A stretch of 63,819 nt of DNA, counting the filler, from Octopus bimaculoides (lineage: Eukaryota), in the NCBI RefSeq assembly GCF_001194135.2. It is 6 parts of 5 records of this genome, joined end to end, with 100 filler letters (N's around TTAATTAATTAA, not from the genome) between each part and the next. Parts side by side here need not be neighbours in the genome. Positions count along the whole stretch, not along the records: positions 1 to 28,534 come from NC_068993.1; 5 more parts are not named here. The stretch is one strand, 5' to 3'. The position numbers and the translations under genes are program-made. Below are positions 1 through 11,881 of this stretch, one piece after another; position 1 is the first letter of the stretch, and the number at the start of each line of letters is the position of its first letter. The notes beneath the pieces are model-generated. The model was not told the origin of the DNA. It saw nothing but the letters and a program-made list of their open reading frames with translations, and searched no databases.

Positions 1-198
1 CGGGTGGCACATAAAAGACACCATTTCGAGCGTGGCCGTTTTCGTGCGGGTGACACGTAAAAGCACCCACTACACTCTCTGAGTGGTTGGCGTTAGGAAG
101 GGCATCCAGCTGTAGAAACTCTGCCAAATCAGACTGGAGCCTGGTGTTGCCATCCGGTTTCACCAGTCCTCAGTCAAATCGTCCAACCCATGCTAGCA
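1..198 (+). mobile_element. RTE-tail SINE (family D), forming the left arm of a palindrome
   Basis: gtggttggcgttaggaagggcatccagctgtagaaactctgccaaatcag...ccaacccatgctagcatg core, repeated many times in the window. Confidence 0.85.
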
Positions 199-335
199 TG
201 CTAGCATGGGTTGGACGATTTGACTGAAGACTGGTGAACCAGATGGCTGCACCAGGCTCCAATCTGATTTGGCAGAGTTTCTACAGCTGGATGCCCTTCC
301 TAATGACAACCACTCCGAGGGTGTAGTGGGTGCTT
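199..335 (-). mobile_element. Inverted family D SINE copy fused directly to the previous one
   Basis: Reverse complement of 61-198 at roughly 90% identity. Confidence 0.85.
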
Positions 336-352
336 ATATATATATATATTTC

Positions 353-560
353 CAAAATTAGGGAACGGAGTAGATAAAATCCAGGCTACATATGTTTCAT
401 AGCTAGCGGAACTTTGGAAGTAATAATTATCCAAATGAGGGGTAGTTCACTAGATACTCATTGGGTCAATGAGTAGCTAGCAGATTACTCCTTGTTTGGG
501 CAATTGCTAGCTATGAAACATTTGTGGCCTGAATTTTATCTACTCTATTCCCTAATTTTG
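353..560. mobile_element. Fold-back / MITE-like palindromic element
   Basis: 353-463 pairs with 467-560 around a 3-nt loop (ggt), with a 17-nt insertion in the left arm. Confidence 0.7.
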
Positions 561-2539
561 TATTCCTATTCGTGTCCAACCCATGCCAGCATGGAAAACG
601 AAGTAAGCTATAAAACAAATTTTTCTGCGTATCAAACTTCGATACAGGAAAAATTTACAGTATTCAATGTCAATAAACCACTGTTGTTCCTGAAAGTTGT
701 TTTTTATACCTTCTGAAGACTGCTTGAGGCTTACTATCTTCCTACGCCTTGATCCTTGGATCTTACCTTTACATTTATTATATACTAGCAATGCACCGAA
801 TTTTAGGACCTACAGCCATGTTATATTATTTGTTTCTTTCTTATGGGCAGAATCAGCATACAATGAGTATGAAGTAAACAACAACTCTTTATAAACATGT
901 TTTTCGGTCAATTTCTGATGAACAATGCTGCAATTTCCATCTACCAAATTCGGTCACAAGTCTTTGGTTGGCCAAGGGCTATAGTAAAAACCATCTGCCC
1001 AAGGAACCATGCAGAGGGATTGAACATGGAACCATGTGGTTGGGAAACAAACTTCTCAGCCACGTAGTAATTCTTGCACCTAATATGTATGTGTGTGAAT
1101 GTTTATATTTGTTGTTAAATCAAATATTGTGTCCCATTATATCTCAAATGTAGCAGTTCATGAAGCAGTGATCTGTAACATAAATGCTAGATTGAAATAT
1201 GTACTGAGATCAGTATAATCAATTAAATTTTTGAAGGTGATACCCCATCATGGTGACAGTCGAAAGACTAATCCCAGAAAAGTAATGCTTAAAGACTTAA
1301 TGGCTTCAAATTTAAAGTAATGGATTAATAACCACAAGATAATGAGTTCAAAACTTCGTATTGAACTTCCATATATGTAAATCTCAGTCTACTTGACAAT
1401 TAAGAATTGTAATTTGAAGTTGAATGGTTAGCAGTAAGAAAAATGTCTAGATTTCTTTTTAAAATCATTGTGCAAATTATTCAGAGAAAAAGTCATTTTT
1501 AACCACAACAAAACACACACATGCACGCACACACTTATGCATGCACACACACTCACACACACAAAGATGTGTCTGTGGTAACTTGAGTTACTACAAATAG
1601 CAGCCAAATCTCTCTTAAAACACGGCCTTTCAACAAAAGACAAACAGGTTTACAGTATTTCAGGAAGATAAAAAAAAAAGAACTATTCGTTAGGTCTGCT
1701 ACATCAGAGGCAACTCTAGGCTAAACAAAATACAGATGCACATACTTCACATTAAAAGTTTATCTACAAATAATACTAATAAAGTTGACAGTATATCTTC
1801 AAAGTTTCATTCCCTGGTATAACTCCATGTATTTTAAGCATTTTCTCATTATGCTCTAAGACATAAAGATTGTTCAGACAGAGTTGCCTCCCTTAGGTAA
1901 AGACCTCAAAATCGTGTGACCCAACCTCATTTTCAAGGTTATTTTTGTAGTAAAAAAGAGTTGTGCAAAAGACATACTTTATTTGGTATCCAAAAGATTA
2001 CTGAATCTTTTGACACCTCATACGTCAAAATTGGCAACACAGTTTTCAGATCCATAAGGAACATATGCACACGCACACAAACACACTAATTCTGATTTAT
2101 ATATATATATATATATAATATATATAAAGGTAAGATCCAAGGACAAGTTGTAGGAAGATAGTAAGCTGCAAGCAGTCCTTAGAATGTATAAAAAGAAAAT
2201 GACAATGGATCGCGATGTCTGGCAATATGAGGTTCTTGAGAAGACCTGCCCACATCAGCAAAACTGAGTTCTAGCCTACCTCCCGCTCTCCAACCCTGTC
2301 CTCATGGTCCTGTTTCTTTGTATCATTGCTATTCAGTAGCTCCCCCCGCCCACTCTATATACCCAATTTTTTCACCACTCACTGCAATACCTTCCCCACT
2401 CTCTGATCATACTTCTTGTACCTCCTCTACAGCAAAACACCTGTCTTTGTCTCATTATAACCTTCCATCGTTTGACATAAGACCACCTCCTCCAATGCCC
2501 TCTACCTTCTCAAGAGATTTTTATCCTGCAAGTTACATG

Positions 2540-2840
2540 GTGACCCTGCCAGTGCAGGTGCCACTTAAAAAGCATCCAGTTCACACTGTAAAGTGGTTGG
2601 CACTTGGAAGGGCATCCAGCTGTAAAAACCTTGCCAAAACTGACCTCACCTGTGCTTGTGCTGTGCAAAAAGTATTCAGTCCACTCTGCTGAGTAGTTGG
2701 TATTTGGACGGGCATCCAGCTGTAAAAATCTTGCTTAGATAGATGCAAAAGTCTGGCGCAGGCTTCTGCTTGGCTAGCTCCTATCAAACTGTTCCACCCA
2801 TGCCAGCATGGAAGGCAGACGTTAAACAATGATGAGGATA
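2540..2840 (+). mobile_element. Family D (RTE-tail) SINE
   Basis: Same core, ending gcagacgttaaacaatgatga (GAT tail); RTE 3'-end-like sequence upstream at about 2120-2540. Confidence 0.75.
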
Positions 2841-3234
2841 TATATATATGTGTGTGTACCTGTCTAAATACGCTTGAGGCATGTTCAAACTGGGGAGCAA
2901 GCCATTCACTTTGTTTTGTCATGTTTGTATGTATATATATATATATATATATATGTTTGTGTGAAAGTATATATGTGTGCATCAGTAAAGAGAAAGAAAG
3001 AGAGTCTCTGTATATATTAAATGAGCAAGTACAATTAACGTCTTGCATCCCATGTATAATTAGTCAAATTATGTATCTAATGAATTTAAGACGTGCTTTT
3101 CATTGGATACATGGATATAGAAATCTTACTTTTGATCTAACACTAACCATAAATAAAAATCTGTAATTGTGCGGTTTTAAATGAAATTCCTCAAAAGTGA
3201 AATTATCTTTTGATTTTTCATTTGAATTCTTCAG

Positions 3235-3303
3235 ATATTCAGAGAGACTCGGAAAGCTGGAGAATCTGATCAAGTTCTTAATTCTTATGCACAGTGTATT
3301 CAG
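3235..3303 (+). CDS. DDX11: DDX11/ChlR1 helicase exon (first in window), IFRETRKAGESDQVLNSYAQCIQ
   Basis: ttcttcAG acceptor and GTAAGT donor; 69 nt, phase 0-0; resembles vertebrate DDX11 [23 protein letters not shown] (recalled). The upstream exon is not found in the window. Confidence 0.88.
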
Positions 3304-3739
3304 GTAAGTGTGAAATAATACATACGTAATGTATATGTACATGCATACACCAATGTGTGCATGTACATATATTGTCTTATTTTTTTACTGGCTTCAGCCA
3401 TTAGCTTATGGCTATGCTGGGGTACCTCATTCAAGTGTTAAATTGATCATGTTGATTCTAGTATTTATTTCACTTGTCTATTTATTTTAGCAATCTATTT
3501 GTCAAACTGCTTTGTTACTAAACATGAAATGATGAAATAGTAGCACAAATATAGGCTAATGGTTAGACAGACTCACACACACATGTGTGCACACATACAC
3601 ACACATGCATTCCTCCACTTCCATACACACACAGATGGATTGACAGATGAAAGTTACAAAAATTATTATATTGCAGAATGAGGAAAATTCCAATATAGGA
3701 AGTCTGAATATGTATTCACAGTTTTTAATGTCATGTGTA

Positions 3740-3786
<47 letters not shown>

Positions 3787-4151
3787 NNNNNNNNNNNNNN
3801 NNNNNNNNNNNNNNNNNNNNNNNNNNNNNNNNNNNNNNNNNNNNNNNNNNNNNNNNNNNNNNNNNNNNNNNNNNNNNNNNNNNNNNNNNNNNNNNNNNNN
3901 NNNNNNNNNNNNNNNNNNNNNNNNNNNNNNNNNNNNNNNNNNNNNNNNNNNNNNNNNNNNNNNNNNNNNNNNNNNNNNNNNNNNNNNNNNNNNNNNNNNN
4001 NNNNNNNNNNNNNNNNNNNNNNNNNNNNNNNNNNNNNNNNNNNNNNNNNNNNNNNNNNNNNNNNNNNNNNNNNNNNNNNNNNNNNNNNNNNNNNNNNNNN
4101 NNNNNNNNNNNNNNNNNNNNNNNNNNNNNNNNNNNNNNNNNNNNNNNNNNN

Positions 4152-4192
<41 letters not shown>

Positions 4193-4706
4193 AGTTGTAT
4201 GCTGTCAACTTAATGTGACAATTCCATGAAGGGAATAATACTACTGCTATTTAGCCCAAAGAAGCAGCACCACTTCCTGTTGGCCTTGACACATTTTCTG
4301 TGTCCTTATGCTTACAAGGGGGAGACAAGCACCTCCACCCTTGCACTAAGAGTAAGTACAAGGTAACATTACCACCTGCTTTTAAAGCAAGTTGATGCAG
4401 GTAGTTTATCCCATCCCCCTCTGACTTATAGTTCATGCAATTGAAAAAACTGCATTATTTATGGGATGACCTAATATAGATAAAGATATATAGATATGAT
4501 AGACTTCCATACAATTTCCATCTGCCAAATTGCACTGTTCTTGTATTATAGCTTTAGGATATTTGTAAAAGATGTCTGCACAAAGTGGCCACACGGTGGA
4601 ATTGAAACTTAACCCATGTGGATGTCAAGTATACCTCTTAACCAATGTAGCCAAACTTGTTCTCATGAGTTGCTTTCTCCAAATGTTTCACTATTTCTTA
4701 TTCCAG

Positions 4707-4810
4707 AAATGCAAATATTCTGAAGATGCCAAAATAACTGGTGCCATTTTGTTCAGTGTTGTTGGTGGCAAAATGAGTGAAGGAATCAATTTTTCTGATG
4801 ATCTTGGAAG
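4707..4810 (+). CDS. DDX11: DDX11 exon, [34 protein letters not shown](R), helicase motif V region
   Basis: ttccAG acceptor, GTATGT donor; [15 protein letters not shown] is diagnostic of the DDX11/Chl1 family; phase 0-2. Confidence 0.97.
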
Positions 4811-4960
4811 GTATGTTAAACGGTTAATGTCATTTGCCAGAAAATAATTCGTGAAATTGAAGAAAAGTAAAAAAAAAAAAAAAAAAAAAAAATAGAAAGC
4901 TTTCTTGTAAATTATTAATTGTATCTTTGATTTACTGTTGTTCATAATTGGCATTCTGAA

Positions 4961-5180
4961 GCTGGCAAGTAGGCAGAATCATTATTGGCACACCAGGCAA
5001 AATGCTTAATGGCATTTTATCCGTCTTTGCGTTCTGGGTTCAAGTACTGCTGAAGTTAACTTTGCCTTTCCTCCTTTCAGGGTCAATAAAATACGTACCA
5101 GTTGGGCACTGGGGTCAATATAATTAACTTAACCCCTCTTCTGAGGTTGCTGGCATTATGCAAAAACTTGAAACGAATAA
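4961..5180 (+). mobile_element. tRNA-derived SINE family B
   Basis: ggcagaatcattagcac..aaatgctta..gttctgagttcaaat..tttgcctttcatcctttc..aagtaccagt core, more than 12 copies in the window. Confidence 0.75.
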
Positions 5181-5709
5181 TTAGCATTCTTTTATCTTAC
5201 AAATAGAATAGTGTATAAAATATAATCTTATATTGTGTTTTTTTTTTTGTCAATCTCTGTTAGTGTTTTATTATATGCAAGTGTTTTGCTTTGTAGTTTG
5301 TTTTATTATATGGAAATTGTGTGGAAGTCCATCATAAATGCGTGTGTGTATGTGTGCCTTAGTTTCTTCTCACCCACCCATCCACTGCCTTTCAACCAGT
5401 GTTGGTTTGTTTACACCTCTTTAACTTAACAGTTTAGCAACAGAAACTGATAGATTAAGTACAGGACTTGAAAAATTAGTATTGGGGCTGATTCATTTGA
5501 CTAAACCCGTCTAGGTGGTGCCCCAGCATGGCCGCAGTCCAGGGATTGAAACAAGTAAAAGAAAAGATGAAGTTAATTTTCAAAAATAAATTCAGTTGGT
5601 GAATCACTATATCATTGAAGTAGCACTAAAGACTTTACCACAGCACTACTATTGCATTAGCGTAGTTTCTAGTATAGAAATAAGTTCATAAGTTATAAAA
5701 CTTGGACAA

Positions 5710-5960
5710 GTATGGCTGTATGGTTAAAATGTTTGCTCTGTAACTGCCTGTTTCAGGTTCAATCCTACTGTATGGCTTGAGCAAATGTCTTCTATAGCCT
5801 TGGGCTGACCAGTGCCTTGTGAGTGAAACTGGTGGACAAAAATGTAGAAGTCTATCATGTGTATGTTTGTGTGTCTCTCTCAACAGCTGTCTTTTTGTTG
5901 ACACTGCTTGTTAAACAGTGTGTTGCATTCGTGTCCCTTACTTTAACTAGTCAAGGATGA
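5710..5960 (+). mobile_element. tRNA/CORE-like SINE family A (degenerate)
   Basis: ggctgtatggttaa..caggttcaatcc..ttgagcaaatgtcttctatagcc head and core. Confidence 0.7.
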
Positions 5961-6312
5961 AATCAATAAAATAGTACTGGAAATACTATTTTATATTGGA
6001 TTTTAACTGAAAAATGTGCAGTGTGACCTATACACAAGGCAAAGTTAATATCGAGTTTGAATATAAAAAGAAAAAGATTTATACCCAAAATTTGACACTA
6101 AATTACGGGTGCAACTTATAGATGAGTACATACAGCTAACTCTAGGATTGATATGAGCCGCTAAAACCTTCCAAATGGTGCCCCATCATGGCCCCACACT
6201 CCAATGAACGAAACAAGTAAAAGTCTAAAACAGTTGGACATGTGATGTATAGAGGCAAGGTGTTTGAGTGGTTATGGTATTCCAGCACATTACTTTCTGT
6301 TAATATGTCATC

Positions 6313-6346
<34 letters not shown>

Positions 6347-6819
6347 ACACATACCAAATGTAGTCAAACTGTAAGCTTATGAACCCCATGCTGTTATTTG
6401 ACATTTAATGTGTGGCTTGCAGAAATATGATGTCTGAGATGCTTTCTGTTTGTCTTATATTTTCATAAAACAGAAAATAAATAATGTAAAAAAAAAAGTA
6501 GTTCACATCTGTAACTCTTTCTCACTTTTCTATCTCAGATTGGTTCTTATATTACCTAAATAACTCTTTACATTTTTAAAAGAGTTCAAGTTTTATAATT
6601 ATTTACTGAACAAAATGTCATTTAAGAGTTGTACCCTTCATTAAATTTAATTTTTACACTTGATAAAAAGAAAAAGTTGTGAGGAATTTAATCCTTTTAA
6701 TACCAGCCTACTCAAGACTCTGGTTCCATGATACAATTTTCTCATTTAAAAGAGATCTAAATTAAAACCTCCCATTAAAATTTCATGTTGATTTATGTTC
6801 CTAGTTCCAGCTCAGTATT

Positions 6820-7260
6820 GGTTTCAGATTTTGGCACAAGGCCAGCAACTTCAAGGGAGGGAGTTAGTCGATACATCGTCCTCAACTGGTATTTATTTTT
6901 TCGATCCCAAAAGCAAAGAAGGCAAAGTTGACCATGGCAGAATTTAAACTCAGAACATAAAGATGGATGAAATGCCACTCTGCATTTTGCCTGATGTGGT
7001 AATGATTTTGCCAGTTCACCGCCTTAACAATAATAATAAAAATGGTTTTAAATTTTGGCTCAAGGCCAGCAACTTTGGGGCAAGGGAGTTAGTTGGTTAC
7101 ATCAACCTCAGTACTCAACTAGTATTTATTTTATCAACTCTGAAAGGATGAAAGGCAAAGTTGACCTCAGTAGAATTTGAACTCAGGAAGTTAAGATGGA
7201 TCAAATACTGCTAAGCATTTGCTTGGCATGCTAATGATTCTGCCATCTCACTGACTTACT
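6820..7260 (-). mobile_element. Two tandem family B SINEs
   Basis: Reverse complement of the B core occurs twice. Confidence 0.7.
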
Positions 7261-7618
7261 CCAGCTTAAAACTGACAAAGTTATTCTACTAAATTCTTCA
7301 TTATTTCAAAATGAATCTAATCAACAAAAGTGTATTTCAACAGAAATATGGCAAAAACTGGTTTAAATGTATTTATATAGTTATATCTTAAGGTTCTTAA
7401 ATATTCAGATTTAAAACTGTTCATTAAAGTTTCTTAATTTTTGTTCCAAATGCCAGCTTAATATTGACAAAGTTATTCTTCTAAATTCTTCATATTTTTC
7501 AAAATGAATCTAATTGATGGCAGTGTATTTCAACAGAAATATGGTAACAATTGGGTTAAATTTATTTTAAAGTTATATCTTAAGGTTCTCAAATATTCAA
7601 ATTTTAAATCTTTAACAT
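7260..7618. repeat. Tandem duplication with a period of about 192 bp
   Basis: ccagcttaa..tgacaaagttattct..aaattcttca..caacagaaatatgg..gttatatcttaaggttc at about 7260 and 7453. Confidence 0.75.
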
Positions 7619-8254
7619 CATGTGCTGATCATTTACATTTTTTAAAATTGCATAGTCTTAGATTTTATTTTGCTTCTCACATTTTCTTTTGTAACTCTTA
7701 ATCATTTTGTAAATGATTGCATGATGCTTGTCTTGCTGCTCTGCCTTCTTGGCAGTTACTGGGAGTGACATCTGAAATGTTTAACATGTTGATCTTACAT
7801 TAAGTAAATCTGACCACATCTGGTTTGTACTAATGTGTAAGGGGGGAGCTTCTATATGGTTACACGTCCTGCCAGAAGTAACAACCCGATTACCCTCAGA
7901 TCACACACTAACACCTTGAAAATACAAAGAAAAAAAAGTGGGGAAGGATTCTTGGATGATGTAGCCTGGAGTATACTACACTTAGACCAAAACAAAATGA
8001 AAGACAGGATGGTCCTGGTTGGAATGCCTTTCCTAATATGCTGACTCAATCTGTACCGGCTTGAGGCTAAATAACAACTAATCTATTTCTCAAGTCAAAA
8101 TGTGCCTCCACGTGGTTTCCATATCTGCTATAATTAAGAGCTAAATCTCATTTAAATTTTACTATACTATCCTGATCAGTGTAGGTATGACTATGTGATT
8201 AAGAAGCTTGCTTCCCAACCACTTGGTCTTAGGTTCAGTTCCACTGCATGTCAT

Positions 8255-8475
8255 CTTATTTCTTTATTGCCCACAAGGGGCTAAACATAGAGGAGACAAA
8301 CAAAGGGATTAAGTCGATTACATCGACCCCAGTGCATAACTGGTACTTAATTTATTGACCCTTAAAGGATGAAAGGCAAAGTCGACCTCAGCGGAATTTG
8401 AATTGAGAACGTAACGGCAGACAAAATACCACTAAGCATTTCGCCCGGCGTGCTAACGATTCTGGCAGCTTGCTG
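8255..8475 (-). mobile_element. Family B SINE nested inside a family A SINE (8185-8560)
   Basis: The A head stops at ccactgcatgtc and resumes at ccactgcatggcgtc after the B insert. Confidence 0.75.
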
Positions 8476-9397
8476 CCACTGCATGGCGTCTTGCCAACCA
8501 AACTGTTGTGGTTAGATTTAGTTGATGGAAACTACAATGAGCCTGTCATTTGTGTGTGTGCGTGCATGTGTGTGTGTATGTGTATGTATGTGTATGTGTG
8601 TAATCAGGAGGTATATGTACACTACAGGCAGTTACCTCGTCATTACTTAATGTCAGAACCTGGCTAGCTTAATATTCCAAAGGGAGATCAATTATACATC
8701 AATAAATGATAAAAAGGAGCACTTTACAAATACAGGTTAATAACATACCTGTAGGCATGTCATTAGCCTCACAGAGTGGATAATAATTTATTTGAGGTAA
8801 AGAGAAGTCAAATTGATGTTATGAACATTTCCATAAATGAATGCTGTTTATTCTACACCAAATATAAAGTTATGCAATACATGCAGTATATGCAACATAT
8901 GTAATAACGTTAGTGTTCATTCACTTTCTCAGACATTCTGATTTGAAGCACAAACACTTGTGTGTGTGGGTGTGTGGAGCTGTTTAACTACTAATATGCT
9001 GCCCAACTTTATGAGAGAGCCTCTGTGTAGTTGTTTAATGTACAAGAAGTAACAGCTGAATCTCTAAATTACTCCTTACCAAGATGAGCTATATTGGATA
9101 ATTTAGTGTGTGTGCATGTTGAGTGGTGAATTGACAGAGTTGTTAGGGTGCCAGATAAAATGTTCCTACTCCTGCTCTCTGAGTTCATATCCCACTGTGG
9201 TCACCTTCACCTTTCATCCTTTTATCATCAATAAATGAAGTAATTATGATTTTATTCAACGTATTCCCCTCTCAGATTCATGCACATATTGCAGCAGTAC
9301 TTGAGTTTTTCTAAGCCCTGTAAAAGAACTCAGATGGTTGGGCCTCCAACCAGGCTTTTTGTGATACCCTTAGAGCCAGGAACTTTTCAGCACCCAC

Positions 9398-9464
<67 letters not shown>

Positions 9465-9489
9465 GCAAAGTGGCTGAGTTGCTTTTGAG

Positions 9490-9865
9490 CATTGGGCTTC
9501 ACAAAGGCAAAGTGGCTGAGTTCCTTTCAAGTGTTGGGCCTCACGGAGGCAATGGCCAAAACCTTTGGCATTATGTCGTGCTTGAGAAGAAGACCCATCA
9601 AGCCAAGCAAAATTTCAGTCATGGCAGATACTGGTGTCACACAAATTGGTGCCAGTGGCAGGTAAAAGCACCCCTGTGTTACGCAAATAACACCTGTGCC
9701 GGTGGCATATAAAAGCACCCATTACACTCTCAGAGTAGTTGATGCTAGGAAGGACATCTAGCCATAAAAAACCATGCCAAATCAAACTGGAGTCTGTTGC
9801 AGCCTTCCAGCATGCCAGCATGGACAATGGACGTTAAATGATGATGATGATGATGATGATGATGA
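9490..9865 (+). mobile_element. Family D (RTE-tail) SINE with (GAT)n tail
   Basis: Core plus ggacgttaaatgatgatgatg. Confidence 0.8.
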
Positions 9866-9974
9866 TATATATGTGTCATCTAAGAGTCCATAAGTCAGGG
9901 TAAAGATGCACGTGTATATCTGTCAATAGAATGGGTCTATTATCCGAAATGTACAGTATTATATATCCATCACA

Positions 9975-10057
9975 GCTGATCTTACCAATTGGTTTCGTGC
10001 TAGGAATACAACGGAATGTTAGTAACAATCTGAGCCTTACGCTCATCAGAGTTAACC
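9975..10057 (-). ncRNA. Degenerate type I hammerhead ribozyme motif
   Basis: Minus strand reads aactCTGATGAG...cacGAAACCAATTGGTA-ag; palindromic helix III; stems I and II are imperfect. Confidence 0.5.
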
Positions 10058-10399
10058 AATATGGAAAGTAATATTGTGACTGCTCTCTAATTCTCCACAG
10101 CAATGCCAACCGGATGTGTCCATTCACTTCCAAGAATAGAGAGCAGTTGCCATATTCCTTTCCATATCGGCTAACTCTGATGAGCATAAGGTTATATAAT
10201 CGGATTGTTACCTAACATTTCAGTTATGTATTCAGAGTGTACTACCAGGGTCTTTGGGCTAAACTCAATGATCTTTCGTGTCTCCTTTTTTTTTTTTTTT
10301 TGAGGAACAGCATGATATATTAGTGAACAGTCAACAGTGTCGGAGAGCTTAAAGATTAAGGTTGTAGCCAAGAAAAAGTTAGCTGATATGGAGGATTGG

Positions 10400-11490
10400 A
10401 AGCCATCTCAATATTGGAAAAGAGTTGTATCTTGATGATTTGCACCAGGTATTAAAATGCTGACATGACTGCTGCTTAATATTCTGTGATCACTATAAGG
10501 ACTGTAAGATGTGACATGGAAAACTACAATAGTGACTACATAGCTGTGACCTGCAGGAAGGGACGCAGCAGGTGTTCTGATTGCGTCTGCATGCTGGAAT
10601 TTATGCAACAACTGCAGTACAAGATGATGGAAGATCTGAACTAGGGAATCTGGACTTTGGTAAGAGAGATAAGTTTTAGATTCACTGAGGACCTTTGCTA
10701 CCACTTGTACAAGAGGCTGAAGGGATAAATTCTAACAGCCAAGGCTTAACAAACAGGCTCCTGAACAAGCTGAGACATCTTGTTGAGCCAGGGATAATCT
10801 GGTTCTTCTCAGATGAAAAGAACTATTGCCAGGACCAGTTGCACAACACCCAGAACAACATGTGGGTAGCCTACAATCCATGTGATATCCCATGTATTAT
10901 GAAAACTAAATCCCTGCAAACTGTGAATGTCTTTGGGTGTGTCTCTGGTGAGAATGATGTCACGCCATTCCATATCTCTGAATCAGGCCTTAGGCTCAAT
11001 TCAGACGGCCATGTGAAGCTGCTGGAAACTGTAGTCAAACCCTGGTCGGAGAAGATGCTTGCTGGAAGGCCATATGTGTTGCAGCAGGATTCAGCTCCCT
11101 GTCATACCTGCAGAAAGAGTCAGAAGTGGTTGTCAGAGAATTTCTACTTCACCTTCCCCAATTTCTGGCCTGCAAATTCCCGATTGTAATCTCGTGGATT
11201 ACTATGTGTGGGATAAGGTTGAGAAAGATACTAACCACTCTACCTGTAACACCAAGAGTAAGCTGGTAGCCAAGATCAAGGAAGTATTTGAAGACCTTCC
11301 CAGAGACACCATGAGGAACACATGCACCATCTCCAAGAGCTGTGATGGAAGCTAAGGGTGGTTACTTGAGTAAAAAGTTATCTCCTAGCTATAATCTGGT
11401 TGATATTTTTTAATTGTTTAAAATTACTTTTATTTTGGATAGGATATTATGTTTTCTTTTCCTTGTATGCAAATTATCAAACTCAGTCCA
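10400..11490 (+). mobile_element. maT/DD37D-like (Tc1/mariner superfamily) transposon remnant with a frameshifted transposase
   Basis: ORFs 10695-11189 and 11059-11355: WFFSDEK, QQDSAPCH, WPANS/PDCNLVDYYVW; third catalytic residue is D; 36-residue spacing, about one codon short of DD37D. Confidence 0.85.
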
Positions 11491-11719
11491 AGCAGTCTGT
11501 GCATGATAACATATGCATGCGTTTAGTCATTGTAATCTAAGATATATGTGTTTAATCATATATTCACATTATGCTGTATAAAACAATATTGGTGAGTTCA
11601 GTCATGTATTCATATCAAGCTTTATACTAATATATAGTGTTTAATCATATTCATATTGTACTATAAACTAATATATAGATATGTTTAGTTATGTACTCTT
11701 GGTCAAATTGTTTCTCCAG

Positions 11720-11804
11720 GTGTGTCATGCTGGTAGGAATGCCATATCCAAATATAAATTCACCTGAACTGAAGGAAAAAATGGAATACCTTAATGCAAA
11801 TTAT
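11720..11804 (+). CDS. DDX11: DDX11 exon, (R)CVMLVGMPYPNINSPELKEKMEYLNANY
   Basis: ttctccAG acceptor, GTATGT donor; phase 2-0 completes the AG|G Arg codon; GMPYPN motif. Confidence 0.97.
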
Positions 11805-11844
11805 GTATGTATACAGTTCTCTTTTACTTTTGGAGTATTTGGCA

Positions 11845-11881
<37 letters not shown>

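Noticed and set aside
150-180. CTGA(G/A)GACTGGTGAAAC on the minus strand of family D SINEs, resembling a hammerhead core
   Set aside because: Only 5 nt between CTGANGA and GAAA; CTGGT pairs with the downstream ACCAG instead; no helix I.
670-760. Weak VVP..CFF.PS..CL resemblance to the missing upstream DDX11 exon
   Set aside because: Requires frameshifts and has no donor at the expected position; the true exon is probably upstream of the window.
8000-8045. Peptide MVLVGMPF resembling the DDX11 exon CVMLVGMPYP (a duplicated exon?)
   Set aside because: The DNA gatggtc.tgg.tggaatgcctt belongs to a dispersed repeat also seen near 16300 and 28900 (minus); no suitable splice context.
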